Assembly (NCBI RefSeq): GCF_036321535.1
Contig: NC_087437.1
Span: forward strand, 19,780,001 to 19,844,000
Length of the DNA: 64,000 nt
Direction: 5' to 3'
From: Camelus dromedarius
Taxonomy: Eukaryota
A program made the position numbers and the translations under genes. The notes under the pieces are model-generated. The model saw only the letters and a program-made list of their open reading frames with translations. It did not search any database and had not been told where the DNA came from. Shown here piece by piece: positions 25,536 through 40,127 of this stretch. Position 1 is the stretch's first letter, and each line of letters opens with the position of its first letter.

Positions 25536-25966
25536 TGTATTAGTCAGAGTTCTCCAGAGAAAGAGAGCCAGTAAGATGTGCACACACACACACACATGCA
25601 AGATTTGTTACGAGGCGTTGGCTCATGAACGATGGAGCCTGAGAAGCCCCACAGTCCAAGTTGTGTTGAGTCAAGAGTCTGAAGGCTTGAGAACCAGGAG
25701 CTCAGAGAGGAGGAGGCTTGTCCCAGCCTGAGCAGTCCGGCAGGAAGGGACCGATCCCACCTTCCTCTGCCTCCTTGTTCCTCTCAGGCCCTCGGCGGAG
25801 TGGTGATGCCTGCTGGCCCTGGGGCAGGGATCCGCTTCTCAGTTCACTGATTCAATGCTCAGCTCATCTGGAAACATCCTCCCAGACACACTCAGAAATA
25901 AGGTCTTGCCAGCTCTCTGGGCACCCTGGGGTCCAGTCAAGCCGACACGGAGAATTAGCCCTACCA
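25536..25966 (-). mobile_element. MLT2 (ERVL) solo LTR
   Basis: tgtattagtcagagttctccagagaaa...ggaaacatcctcccagacacactcagaaataa...ccagtcaagccgacacggagaattagcc; antisense counterpart of the 15937 element. Confidence 0.85.
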
Positions 25967-28900
25967 GAAACTCTGGTTAAGGAGAGCACGGCCCAGCAGG
26001 GTGATTGGTGGGGCTCCCATTTTATGTTCAGAAAGTACCACCCGCCAGTATGGTGTACAACGTCGGGTCCTTCCTTCTGAAACTGTGCGATGCGTTCAGT
26101 GGGTCACTTCCATATTCATGCAGTTTCCTTTTGAAACTGTCCCCATTTCCTCTTTTCTCTGCCTCCTCCCCAGACTCTCCCAGGATCTGGGACATTCTTG
26201 TTCTAAGAATCGAGCCCATTCTCTCAAGCTTTTCTAGACGTTTCTCTCCATCTGTCCGGAGTAAGAGCGGAGATGGTCTGCAGTAAAGGGAGGAAGGAGA
26301 CATTAAATTTGGAAGGGAAATGAATTCTCTCCTCTGTTGTTTTCTTCCCTTACATTTTTACATCTTAAACATGGCAAAAATAATGAGTTCTGTAATGAAA
26401 AGTCTGGGGTCCATATGGTATGTATGGGCTGTTGCATTCACAGCTGAACTTAGATCTGGAAAGTGTACCCGGGATGGGGGGACAGGACACCAATGAGGAA
26501 GTCAGGGCCACACGTGCAAGGCCTGGGCCCCACGTGTTGACTTTCAACTTTACTGTTTGAAACGTGAAGTCAATTTCCAAAAAACATTGCCAAGCCTTTG
26601 GAATAATCTTACCCAAACTATCTGACTCAATGAATTAAGAACTCAGTAGGGAACTGAGGCTTGGGAATATCTGCATGTGAGGAATGTGCAGATATAACAC
26701 AGAGATGGGCCATGCTCCATTGCCGATACCTAAATATTGTACGTTTTGAAATGAAATTTTCTCCAGAGCTTTGGCGTTCGGGTTATTTTCATCTCTTGTG
26801 TTGGGATCATTATCCTTTGATTCTTCTAGAATTCCTCCTTATGTCTGCTCCCCATCTGCTTATCCCTCTGCCTCATCTGGTTAGTCTAACGCTGAGCTCT
26901 CCAAAGACCCCAGCTGGAGACCTCCAGGGATTTCAAAGTTACTGGAATACAGCAGATGCCCCAGTAGTGTTACCAAAGGCTGAGTTCAGAGATGCCAGAA
27001 CTATTTCTGAGAGGGCACAGCTTCAGCTGGTTCTCTTAGCTTTTCACCCTGGCCCTGCATTTTCTTTCTGTTGTTGTTGTTGTTTAGTGAGAAAGCACGC
27101 TGTCTACCACTGCATTTGGCAGCCCCAAGCATTATCGGGAGCTGAGTGCCGACAAAAACAGCAGAGCGGGGGCAGCAACAGGACCTTGGCCAAGTCACCA
27201 CTTCCTCCTGTCTGGAGGGCTTGCAAAGTGCCAGGCTCATACCAACTGCTTGACGTAGCTCGAGTCACATAATCCTCTTGTTGGGTAGATAATATTATAC
27301 CCATTCCAGAGATGGAAATGAAGAGTGAGGCCACTTCCCCAGTGTTAGACCTCTGGTTAGAAGCAGAATACATGCCCCAGCATGGCTGCCCACCTGCTCT
27401 TTCTTCTTTCCCCGATACTCACCTGCATCACTGGGAGGCCAGGAAGTAGCCAGGACGGGGGGGTGTGGTTCCCTCTTGCAGCCTCCATTTTCCCCGTCTT
27501 CTAATGGGTCCAGCAGGTCTCCTCTCACCAGACAGGTGGGAGACTCAGAGAACACGGCGCTGAAGGGGGCTGTGTCCCCCACATTCTCCCCTTGAAGCAA
27601 CAGCCCGAGGGTGGGAGAACACAGGGCTAGCTAGGGACCTGCCACCCAATGCTCTTTCATACCTCTCTTCAGTATTTTTATAAGAAAAATGGTCTTGTCA
27701 CTTCCCTGGAGGTTATTTGACCGAATTCAAAACTCCTTAATACACCTTTGGAATTGTTCATTGAAAAAATGCATGGCCAACAGCATTTTTCGAAGCCCCC
27801 CATATGGCAGATGAACTGCATCTTCCACCTTGAAGTCCCCTCGGGGGGACATGATGTTAGTCAGAGGAACAGTGGAAGGGCTCTGTGGCGTAAACTAGGC
27901 CGAGGGAAGAGGAGTCTGCACGAGTGGGTGGGCGCGTTTCCTTCCTTTCTCGTGTCAGCTCATCCGTTGGGGAGACGTCAGCTTGACGCTGCCTCTTCTT
28001 GCTTTTATTCATCTTGGAACATCTTGACAGCACCGTGTCAAAAGGCTAGGATGCCCTTCTGCCAAAGACCTCAATGGGTACACCTGATGTTTTTTTAAGG
28101 GCTTCAAATAAATCCAGGTAAAAGACTGGAATTCCTCGGAAGCCACTGGGGAGCCGTGCTTTGCTTCTGTGTTGTAAATCAAACTGGCTTTCCTTGTGCC
28201 ACATGGAAGAAAGGCATCCTTGGACTAGGAAGAGGAAGAGCCTTTTTTGGTCATTCTCGGCACTTTACTAATGAGGAGCAACACACAGTTCTCAACGGGT
28301 GCCAGGAGCATAACCACCATCTCCCTGGGGTGGTGGAGGTGTTGGCTGTCTGACTCCTGGTGGTCACCTGGAAGGTTCCCAAGGAGGCATCCCTGACTAC
28401 CTGAACTCTTGCTGTCCCAACTTAGGAGGTTAATCCTAAGTTTGGAGAAATGTTTTGAAACAGAGCAGGTGTCCCTTGCTATCCAAACTCTTGCTGTTTT
28501 GCTATCCAACTTTCAGGAAGCAAGTCAATTCAGATAATTAAGTATGCTTCTATATCTGGGAGGAGCCTCCAAGAGTCTAGGTTTGAAGATCGAGGGTTAT
28601 TTGTAGTTGCCTTATTCCAAGCATATCTTGACATCAAGGATGGCATGTGAGGCTTGGAACTTGGTGTGATGGAGAGCACACAGACTCAGAAGCTGTTGGT
28701 CTGTTAGAGCTGGGTCTCCGTTGCTACAACAAAATGAGGTGGTGTCCTCCAAAGCTGGCCTTGGGAAGAAATCAGGTGGCTGGCCACTTGCATAATCTGA
28801 GATGTGCTGGGGGAGATTCCCGTGTCTTCAAGTAACCGTGCTCAGCCTGAACTGTCTGTCCAAAGTCACAGGGTTAGTAAGAGGCAAAGCTGACATTCAA

Positions 28901-29479
28901 GCTGGGCAGTCTGGATCTATTGACTGTGCCTGCGGCCACTGCATAATTGACTGATGACCTTGGGCAAGTCCTTCCTCTTTCTGGACTTCAGGGCCCCTCT
29001 GTAAAATGGGGAGGTTAGACTCCAGGACCTCCAAACCACTCAGCAGTCCTGGCATTCTATAGGGGATACTGTGGCACTCTGCTCTGCCCCCAGATCAAGC
29101 ACAGGTAGGTGGGAGGAACCCTGTGACCTCCTTCTCCCCCTGCCCCAGACCCAGACAAAAGGAGGGTGCTGCCCTGGACATATTGCATAGAGCTTGCCAT
29201 GAAAATTATGTCTGCAAAGTGAATAGGCTTGCTGGGGAGAACGGGCCCATAAATATGCTCAGGGGAAAATTAATTTGTTATAAATATATTTGACATGTGG
29301 CCTTTTTATGAATCTGCCTCAGATTTATTCTCAAGCTCCTGCTCTGTCTTTGCTCCCACCAAGCTTAGGTTCCAGGGCCAGTGAGTACCATTTCTGGGTG
29401 GTCCACAGAAGGTTCAGGGCTGCAGGAGTGTGTGCATGCCTTCCTGCTTCCTGCCAGATGGGCATCAGGCGTGGGGCAG

Positions 29480-29895
29480 GGTCTGCGGTGGCCCGAGACC
29501 CAGGACCTGGCTCCTGGTCCTGCCTCCACTGTTTGCCATCTGCGTGGCCTTGGGCAAGTCACTTGGTCTCACTGCCCCTCAACTTCCCCATTTACCAAAT
29601 TGAGGGCGACAGAATACTCCTCTGGGTCTGTTTTTGAGAAATGAGTTGGCGTGTGAGCAGAGTGAAAAGTGCTTTAGAGACGGGAGACGCAGCCTGGCCC
29701 CCGGGGTAGAGCAAGGACATTGGGGTCAGATGGGTCCAGTGGAATCAGCCAGTAAGCCAACCTGAGTGCCTTCACCCCTCTAAGCCTCGCTTTCTTTATT
29801 TGTAAGATTGGAATCATGACCCTCTACTTCAGAGCGTTGTTTCAATATTAAAAAAGAACTAGGAGGCCTGGCGCGTGGTAGCTGTGTAACAATTG
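29480..29895 (+). mobile_element. two adjacent MIR relics
   Basis: gtggccttgggcaagtcactt...cctcaacttccccatttacc; cctctaagcctcgctttctttatttgtaag...gcctggcgcgtggta. Confidence 0.6.
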
Positions 29896-30392
29896 CAGTA
29901 TGCTCTGGGACACATCTTAAGAGAACACTGATGCTGCAAAGACCTCCTGTGTAGACCAAAGGGACACAGCGTGGTGGCAGGGTCAGCCTGAATGCAGCAG
30001 GGACAGGCAGGAATCCGTCTCTGTGTGCTCAAAGACCGTGGCTTACAGTGACGGCCAAAACAGTTTTATTGAACAGCCTACCTTGTGCTGGTGCTGGGCT
30101 TCAGAAAAGAGCCTTCCTCTTGTGCTGTAAATTCCCTGGGATGCCAGGCATGACACTTCCCCCCCATTCCAACGGTTCATTTATCTATCTTCTCTAGAAG
30201 CCACGCACACATTCTTAAAGTGCATGCAGAACATCTAACCATTTAGTGTGGGGGCAGAGAAATAAACACAAATACCACTTATCATTCTGCAAGCCTCCTT
30301 CCTTCGGTGCCGATACCACTAATGAAACAGGCAGCCATCAGTTTAATAAACAGTTGAGTAGACTGAAAAAAGGAGAGAGGCAGAATATTCTT

Positions 30393-30572
30393 CAGGGTTC
30401 CTGGGATCTTAGGTGAGCCACGGAATGTCTGAAATCGTGTTTCATGTCTGTGCAAAATTACCTTTGTGTGTGTGTGTGTGTGTGTGCGTAACTGGGTGAA
30501 ATGGTGCGTTTTAGGGGGAGAGGGTTCACAGCACTCTTCATATTCTTAAAGGGCTGAAGATCAAAAGGTTGT
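30393..30572. mobile_element. hAT-Charlie MITE relic (MER103-like) with (TG)n
   Basis: ttttagggggagagggttcacagcactcttcatattcttaaaggg...aaaaggtt. Confidence 0.5.
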
Positions 30573-32339
30573 GGCCTATTAATCTTCTGAGGAGTTATTT
30601 TTTTTGACAGGAGGAGGTTGAAATAATTAGTTGCATCATAATAGATGGGAGAAAACGTCTCTCATTAGCCCTTTAACAGCTTGAAAGGGTGCAAACTTTC
30701 AAGACTTCACCGATGAACGTTTTCAATTAACATGGAGTAAATTTGCATTTTGTAAATGTGATCAAATGTATATGACTCTCTATGAGAGACAGTTCTAGGC
30801 TCTGACAGAAAGCACCAAGCCAGAGCATGGGGGTTGACACTGACAATCCCAAGTCAACTCTATTTGTTTTAGAGATAGTTCTGCAGTGCATAGAAATTAA
30901 TAAGTAATTTTCTTGGGGACAGCCTGAGGCAAGTGAATGAATGGTTAAATCCAAGCCTATGCAGTGTGGAAAGGGGCAAATGATTTTTATAGAGGTTGTC
31001 TCTAGAAGTGGGCGGGGGGGTGCTATGGGGAAGCATCTAATAGGCATTCTCATATTTTAGTCATTAACCTAGTACCAGGATGTCACCATCCTGTCAGAGA
31101 AAGGGGGACTAAAAATCCCAGAGGCCACAGGAGTTTCAGTTGCCAAATTGGAATCAAAGTTTGAAATGGGGCTTGTGCTCCCTACAGAAGTGCTCTGTGC
31201 TGTTTCCTTGAGAATGATCCCCGTCCTGCCCTAAGGCATTCCATGTGGGGGTGTGCCTGCAAATGCTGATCCCAGGGAGCTTGCAAGTTTAGGGGAGCCT
31301 GCCCTGCCTTCCTCTCCTTCATCAGAACATCTCCTTCAGCTGGAATTCCAGCCTCTGGAGGTCCAAGAGAGTCAGGGGCATGGAGGGGGGTATTTTTGGA
31401 GCTTGAGATCCATTGATAGCAATCAACTTTTTTTCTTGCAACCTCTTCATTCAGTAATTCATTTATCCTAGGGGTAGAGACTTGAAGTCAAATAGACCTA
31501 GATCCAAATGCACATTTCTCACTCACAGAGTGGGGATTTTAATGCCTCCCTCACAGGATGGCTCTTGGGCATGTTAATAAAGCAAAGCCCAGGTACCAAG
31601 TGGGTCTACAATAGAAGTTAGGACTGAAGGAGTGTTACTGCATCTGGGCAAGAAATCCATCTATCCACAAAAACCCTCCTTCTCTGGGCTTTGTGGTCCC
31701 ATTCTTGGACCCTCTAATGCCCCTAGTGGCCTTTATGGGAATTTTTGGGAACCTACCCTTGCCTGGTTTAGGAGTGATTGACACATGAAGGACCCTGTTT
31801 TCTGCCTAATCATACACATTGGAATTTTTCTGGAAAAATTTTTTTCTCTGGGGAGTTTTAAATTCTGGCCAGCCTGGATGCTAGCCCTATGGCCTATGTC
31901 AGCTAAGGAATTGTTACTGAATCTCTGCCTCCTTTGGAATTCTGATCCATCACAAGACTGGAAGAGGGCCTGGAGATCCCAGTGACACCCTGTCAAGGGA
32001 ATCCTAAGTGCACAGTGATGGCCCATTAGTTGGAGTGTCTTTCTTCAGTGTGCTGTAAGCTTTCTGTGACGTATACAGGCTGATAGGAAACGGAAGACTG
32101 TGATAGCCCCCTAGATCTTCCTTCCCACCCCGCCCCTGCCGGCCATTCCCAACACAGAGGTCCTGCAAGCACAGAGGGCAACAGAGCAGAGTGGCGAGAG
32201 GAGGACTTTGGAGTTAGGGTTTGAATGCTGGGCTTCACGTCCCAGCTTTAAATCTTACTGGCTGTGGGAACTTGCTCCATACCAGATAGTAATAGTACCT
32301 GCCTCCCAGGGCTGTTAAGAGGATTAAATGAGAGAATCC

Positions 32340-32790
32340 CATGCCTTCTTCCAGCCTCGCCAACCTCATCCTGAGCTCCTTGCCTGGGGTCCAGTCATAC
32401 TGGTTTTCTTTTTGTCCCTAAGACAGCTCTTTTTTGCTTCATGCATCTTCTCCCCTGCTCACCCCGCCAGTTGCGACGGTGACACATACTGCTTTTACGT
32501 CTTTCCAGATCCACTGGAAGCAGCCTGCTGTGAGCACCAGCCCCTGGACCAGGCTCCTGTCCTAGGCTCGCAAAGTAGCCTGTTCTTTGGCCTCTTGGCG
32601 TTTATCACCACTTGTAATTATACACACTTGTGTTTTTGTTTGATAAAAAAGCTGTCTCTCCCAGTGAACTGTGAGCTCGGCGAGGCCAGGGGGCAGGTTC
32701 ATTTGCCTGTTTTGTTTCCCAGTGCCTGGCTTGGGGTTCGCCACCAGCCAGATGATGGGTAGAATCTGGGACAAAGTGGGTGAATGTTTG
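32340..32790 (+). mobile_element. L2 3' fragment
   Basis: ctgtctctcccagtgaactgtgagctc...gggcagg...tttccccagtgcctggc. Confidence 0.6.
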
Positions 32791-32866
32791 CCTTCTGAAG
32801 CCCCTGTCAGCACATACGTTCTCCTTGTGTTTTGTTTCACTTTTCAGAACTATTTCCATTCCTTTC

Positions 32867-33669
<803 letters not shown>

Positions 33670-34224
33670 TATCTAAAACACTTACAGCCCAGCCCCAAAT
33701 CCACAGAGTGATGGATGCTGCTTTTAATTAGGACCAGGCCAGAGACAGCTGGGCTCAAGTCTAGAAGAGCCCCATGGCCTTGTCGAGGGGTCGCTCTGCA
33801 GAATCAGATGGCTTTATGCATCTGTTCCTTTGCTTGCTGATACCTGTCTTTGAAGTAAGTGGAAACTAACAGTATCCTGGGGTGCTGTCCTATAATACAA
33901 ATATGTCAGTAAAAAGTCCAAATCTGGACACAACTCAGAACATTTGGAAACATTTGGATTTTCACTTTAAGATTCCACTTTCCTTCCCAATTGTGCATGA
34001 AGTAGACACAATATTAATCTCCCTATTGTGCTAATCAGTGAGGAAGCTAGATTTGTTTTTACAGGAGGCTAAACATCAGATAAAATGCAAGGCATTCTGT
34101 CATTCATCAGAATGTTTCTAATATTTAGCATGTTGTCATTAGTTTTGACCTACATTTTAGATTAGATTTATTTATAGATGAGGATATATTTTACCTAATT
34201 CTTCAACATTATGTATGCTGTTAG

Positions 34225-35830
34225 ATATAAAGAACAATAATACTTTTTTGATTAAAATGTATGTGGCAAGTATAAAGAAGCATGAAATACAGAAATGTAT
34301 ATAAAAAAGTCTTACATAATCCCTGTACCCTAAGATAAATTACAGTTTGCATTTTGGAGTATGTAATTTTAGTCTTTTTCCTGGTCTTATATATATATAT
34401 TATATACCAAATTGGAATCATACAGTAGATGCAATTTTGTAACATCCTTTTTTTGAAAATGAATACATTAAGGACACATTTTAACAATCTTAATTATTAT
34501 TTTCAAACTTTTAAGAAATTGTGAGCCTGGAAAGTTTCAAACGCATATGACAAGAAACACCACTGTTATAAACCTTCATGTACCCCACCCCCAGCTTCAA
34601 CACTTTCGATTCATCTGCCATGGAGGTAATTGGAAGGACCTCTTAACTATCATACCATTTCACTCATAAATACGTGAGCCTGGATCTCTAAAAGATATGG
34701 GCTTATTTTATTAAATACATACCCACAGTATCATCATCTCACCAAAAATTAATAGTAATTCCTTATTATCATAAAACATTTAGTCACTGTTCAAAATTCC
34801 CCAATTGGCTTATAAAAGATTTTTACAGTTTGTTTGAATAAGGTCCAAATAAAGCCCCCAAACTGCAATTGGCTGATATGTCCCAAAAGTGTCTTTTAGT
34901 TTACAAGTTCCCCTGTGCATGAATGCATGCATGCACACACACAGACACACACACACACACTCTCTCTCTCTCTCTTTTTCTTGCAGTTTACATGTTAATT
35001 TTTTTTCTTAGAGTTTCCCACAATCTGAAGTTATGTCCCTGTGGTGTCCTTATAACATGTTCTCTCTTCTCTGTGTTTCCTGTGAGTTGATAGCTCTAAA
35101 ACTTTGCTAAGTTCTGGTTTGAAGTCCTGGCAAGATGACCTTATGTGTGGTGTAGCATGTTTCCATCAGATGGTACAGAATGTCTGACTGTCCTTCCTTT
35201 TATGGTGTTGTAGTCATTAATGATTATTGCCTAAGTAATTATTTCACGGGGGCCTGTGGACTAGTGATATTCCAATTTATCATTCTGTCTGCATTTATTA
35301 GCTGAAATACTTTTATTAAGATAAACTTCCCTTCATTAACTATTTGCTTAGCAGATTTTAAAATAAGGAGTCAGTTCCTTAACTTTCTTACAAGAAGGTA
35401 ACTAATATGTGTTTTGTGTTTTGCGAAAACATGGATGGAAGCACATTTGATGTGCTTTTCAGTTATTACTCATATAATAATGTTTCAGTTAACATTATGA
35501 TTGATACTCAAATTGTCTCATCGGTGGTCAGTGGAAGCCTCTTCAGGGTGGCCCCTGTGTTCTCTAAGACACACTTCTGTGGTCTTTGATGGCATCCTCG
35601 CTTTCTGTCGTGGCAAGATGCACAGGCTGCACGTGGCTCATCTTAATTAGCTTCTGTCCCAGACCTAGAATTAGCCATCTCTCTAAGGAGTCTTTGTTCC
35701 TTTTACGGGAAAATGTCTTTTTTTAGGTAGTAGGGGTGCCATTGCGGCTGGGTGTTTCATTGTTTTCAGTCTTTCATCAGCCAGACCTTGGGAAAATGTA
35801 TTTGGCTAAACTATATGAGCTTGTCGTGCT
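34225..35830 (-). mobile_element. old L1MC/L1ME-type 3' region fragments
   Basis: catgtaccccacccccagcttcaaca...aaaattaatagtaattccttattatca...aactgcaattggctgatatgtc...gacctagaattagccatctctctaaggag. Confidence 0.65.
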
Positions 35831-37119
35831 GTTGATTAAAGTGATCTGCTATTGGCAATTTCTCATGGTTGAACTTGTTTTTAGAGAACATACATTATGA
35901 GTCCAAGCTGATCCGGCCCAGTGAGTTTGTCTTCACTTAACTTCATCGAGCCTGACCATCTGAGACCCTTATTCCTCGATATCTGATGAGGCGAGTCCCT
36001 CCCCACTGCTCTTCTCCTCTTAAGGGTTTCCGGGCTTCATTTGGAATTTCTTTCATCCATTCATTCATTGTGTAATGGCCACAAGTCTGTCACTTGTATT
36101 CACCGTAATTTATTTAATCCATTTCCTCTTCCTGGACACTTTGATACCAAGTTTTCTCTCTTGTGGATATGGCTGTGGTGAACATATTTGAATATGAACC
36201 TTTGTTGTGTATTTCTGATGATGTCCTTAAGATAAATTCCTAAAATGTGGAATTTCTGGGTCAAGGAGCAGAGACCTTTTAAGGCTTTTTGGGACATTTG
36301 CCAGTTCGCTTTCCTCCCCTGCTCCCACCACTGGTCACTGTTAGGTTTTTGGTCAAATTCTTTTTTTCTAGTCACATGGATATTTCTAGTTTGTACTTCT
36401 ATCTCCTGCATGTTAATACTTGTGTTATTAATATAAACAATATTAAAAAGTATGCTGAACAATTTGTAAATGAATTAGAGTTGTCAGTTTATTTTATAAA
36501 CGTTCATGACATTCCTATAGCTAATGCAGATTTAGGGCCTGTCTTAAAAACACTATTGATTTCCTTCTCCAAAACAGTGTCTTATCTCTCTTCCCTGCCA
36601 CCAGGTAATTTATGGGGCTGAAAACAATTTGAGGGCTGGGGTTCTAAGTTCTAGGGGAAAATTCCCTTTTATGGGTAGATGTATATTGTTTATATGTATG
36701 TGTGTACATATATATATATATATATGTATGTATGTAAAGTAAATATATATATATCTGACATTAAAGTATGAACAGATAAAGTAAACAATATTAGCTAGAT
36801 TAAAAGACAACAGTAACATCTTCTAAGTATCAAACATGTTGTTGACTAGATAAATTGGAGCTCCCCTTCCTTTTGTATAAAGCTGTTTTAAGAAATCAAA
36901 GTTCCAGTATTCAGTATCCCTATGTACAATAAAATTCATTGTTCATCTCCTGTAAACCAGGCATTGTATCAGGTGAGCTTACACTCTTCATCCCACTGCT
37001 TGCTAAGTTTCTAAAACTGCCGTATTTTGAGCTCACCTGGTCTGATTCTCCTGTGACTTGCACATCAGCTCTTTTCCGTAGCTGTGCCTCCCTTTTTCTC
37101 ATCCTGTCTGGTTTGGTGT

Positions 37120-37536
37120 CTTTTTATTTTTATTTTTTATTGAAGCGTAGGTGATTTACAATATCGTGTTGGTTTCAGGTATATGGCAAAGTGATTCAGT
37201 TATATATAAATATGTGTATATACTATATTCTTTTTTGATTCTTTTCCATGATAGTTTATTACAGGATATTGAATATAGTTCCCTGGGCTATACAGTAGGA
37301 CCTTGTTGTTTATCTATTTTATATATGGTAGTGTGCATCTGTTAATCCAGTACTCCCAATTTATCCCTCTCCCTGCTTTCCCTTTTGTAACCATACATTT
37401 GTTTTCTATGCCTATGAGTCTGTTTCTGTTTTGTAAATAAATGCATTTGTACTGTTTCATAGATTCCACATATTAGTGATATCATCTGATCCCTGTCTTT
37501 CTCGGTCTGACTTACTTCACTTAGTGTGACGCTCTC
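37120..37536 (-). mobile_element. young L1 3'UTR
   Basis: T-rich tail, then attgaagcgtaggtgatttacaat...ggaccttgttgtttatctattttata...ctgacttacttcacttagt. Confidence 0.9.
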
Positions 37537-39264
37537 TTAAGCAGTGCCCTGCCGCACAAAGCTGAGGCAGTCCTCACCTCGAGGCAGACTGCATTCCTTA
37601 ATCCATGTGCTTCCCGACTCCTCTGTACCATTGATCGTAGAAATACATCATAGAAGTTTTAATTGACACCCCTGGGTGCTAATGTGCAAAGAAAGGAACA
37701 GCCTGAAACTTTTCAAGGAGCCAGAGCATGCATTGTGTAGGTTAAATACAATTAACTCATTGAACAGAACAGTTACAAGGTGTGTTCTTTGCAGGAGCGG
37801 ATCTTCACCCCAGGTTCAGTTCTCATATGCTGTCTCTGTGCCCGGGAGGTGGACAGAGGAAGGCCAGTGACTAATGTCCCCACACTTGCACGAGTTAGTA
37901 TTCCTCACCAAGCAACCGGATCCGACCTTATCCGGATGCTGCCAGGGGTCTGAATGTCTCATTCAGCGCCGGTGTCTTTTCCCCTGGGCAAAAAGTAAGT
38001 TCGAGTGGCCAAGCAATTTGAAGAGATTGAAGAAAATGGACCACTTCTTTAGAAATGTGCTTTTGTTTCTTATTTCGTTTGAACTCAGTGGCAAGAGAAA
38101 AAGAATATAAAGTCTTGGCTTGGAGGCTGTGGATAATGCGGTGCAAGTGACAGTTCTGTCGAAGGGGAGAGAGTATTTTTCATGATTACAAGGTGGCGTG
38201 TGCGGATCTGGCTGTCAGGCAGGCCCAGCAGTGAATCAGTCATGCCTAGCATGATGCAGGGGGCGAGGGAGGAAAATGGGGCTTTGGCATCCAACTCCTG
38301 TTGCCAATAGCCATGATAAATGAAAGAAACAAGCACCCTCCAAATCAGGCAGCCGGCGTGGAGAAGAGGCAGTGTAATAAAGATCGGAGATACCTTCCAC
38401 GGGTGCTTCCGTGAGCTCTCTATACAACGTATGAGCCCTGCCATCTATCTCGTGAAATCCAGAGAGCGCCCAGGAGTCCTAACAGCTCATTTTTATCATC
38501 CTGAGATAGACAAGATGCGGTCGGGACTTCAATTAACTGACTCAAAGCAAGTTTATTTAGAGTCACCTCCCAAGGCCATGTAAGAACTGTCTTTGAGGGT
38601 CACTTGGCCATGGAGAGCTAGCTCATGGTTGACATGGCCATCCACTCTGCACAAATGACTGGTTCACACACACAGAGCACATTTTCCAGAAACCAGAGGG
38701 GTCAGTGGAAGAAGATTCTAGGCAGGCCCTGGTCTCTCCAAGTCCAGGAGGTCAGGAGCCAACAGAAGAACTCAGCATAATCTTAGATGCTTGTAGAGGA
38801 CAGCACCGGAGGAAATGCAGTGTTGCTTTCACACATTGTGGAGAGGAGTAAGTGGGGCCGCATTGTCACGTGTGGGCCCATGGCTCTGCTACCCCTGCCT
38901 GCCTCTTTAGATCCATCTCCTTTCAATGCTGACATCTGGCACAAACTTCTTGCAAAGCCTCAGTCTCTCTTGCTTCCACACGTTTGCACACGTCATTCCC
39001 TCTGCCTGAATGGTGCTTCCCCACCTGCTGGATCTGACCATCTCCCACAAAGGTTTTAAAGCACACCTGTGTCATTTTAGACCATCAGTGCCATTGCTTC
39101 TCTCAGCTCAGCAGGCAAGAACCTGTCTGCTTGGGTCTCCGCCGTGTCTCAGCGTAGATCACACTGAGTGGGAGAGAGAAACCTTTGCAGGAGGAGGGAG
39201 AAGGGGCTGAGCTGTGTTCGGTCATGATCCCTCCTGCTCAGTCCACACCCTAGCCTTGAGTCTT

Positions 39265-39705
39265 TATTTTAGTATAAAAGCTTTATTGAAATTGAATTCA
39301 CATGTCATAGAATCCACCCCTTTAGAGTGGTTTCAAGTGATTTTTAGTCTAGTTACCACATTGTACAACCATCACCACCATCAGCTTTAGAACATTTCCA
39401 TCAACAAAACCCTGTGCCCATTAGCAGTCACTCCCTAGTTCCCCAGCCTCCCTCTCCCCCAGCTCCCTCAATCACTAAGCGACTTTCTTTGTTAATGGAT
39501 TTTGTCTATTCTGGCCATTTCATAAAAATCGAATCATATAATCTGTATGATCTGTGGCCTTTTGTGTCTGGCTTCTTTCATTTACCCCAGTGTTGCTCAG
39601 GTTCATCTGTGTCATGGGATGTCTCAGACCCTCAGTCCTTTTTGTTGCCAAGTGACATTCCATTGTGTGGATGTACCACATTTTATTTATCTGCTCATCG
39701 GTCCG
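39265..39705 (-). mobile_element. L1MB-type 3' end
   Basis: agctttattgaaattgaattcacat...ttgtacaaccatcaccaccatc...agaacatttccatca...ccattgtgtggatgtaccacatttt. Confidence 0.8.
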
Positions 39706-39726
39706 TGGGTCCCAAACCCAATTCTT

Positions 39727-40127
39727 TCTTTCTTTTTTTAATTGAAGTACAGTTGATTAACAGTGTTTCAGAATATAGATATAGGATATATATATGTATA
39801 TTCTTTTCCAGATTTTTTCCATTATAGGTTATTACAAGGCATTGAATATAGTTTCCTGTGCTGTGAAGTAGGTCCTTATTTATTCTACATAGAGTAATGT
39901 GTATCTGTTAATCCTAAACTCCTAATTTATCCCTCCCCGCCTTTCCCCTTTGGTAACCACAAGTTTGTTTTCTATGTCTGTGAGTCTTTTTCTGTTTTGT
40001 AAATAAGTTCATTTGTATTGTCTTTTTAGAGTCCATGTATAGGTGATATCATGTGATATTTGTCTTTCTCTGTTGGACTTAGATCACTTAGTATAAGCCT
40101 CTCTAGGTCCATCCATGTTGCTGCAAA
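39727..40127 (-). mobile_element. young L1 3'UTR with near-perfect TSD
   Basis: L1 3'UTR antisense; TSD ccaaacccaattctt (39712-39726) / ccaaccccatttctt (40130-40144). Confidence 0.88.

Noticed and set aside
15937..25966. Two MLT2 LTRs as the ends of one provirus
   Set aside because: Opposite orientation, clearly diverged from each other, and no ERVL internal sequence between them.
26661..27272. 203-aa ORF
   Set aside because: Non-ATG start, no recognisable homology or exon structure.
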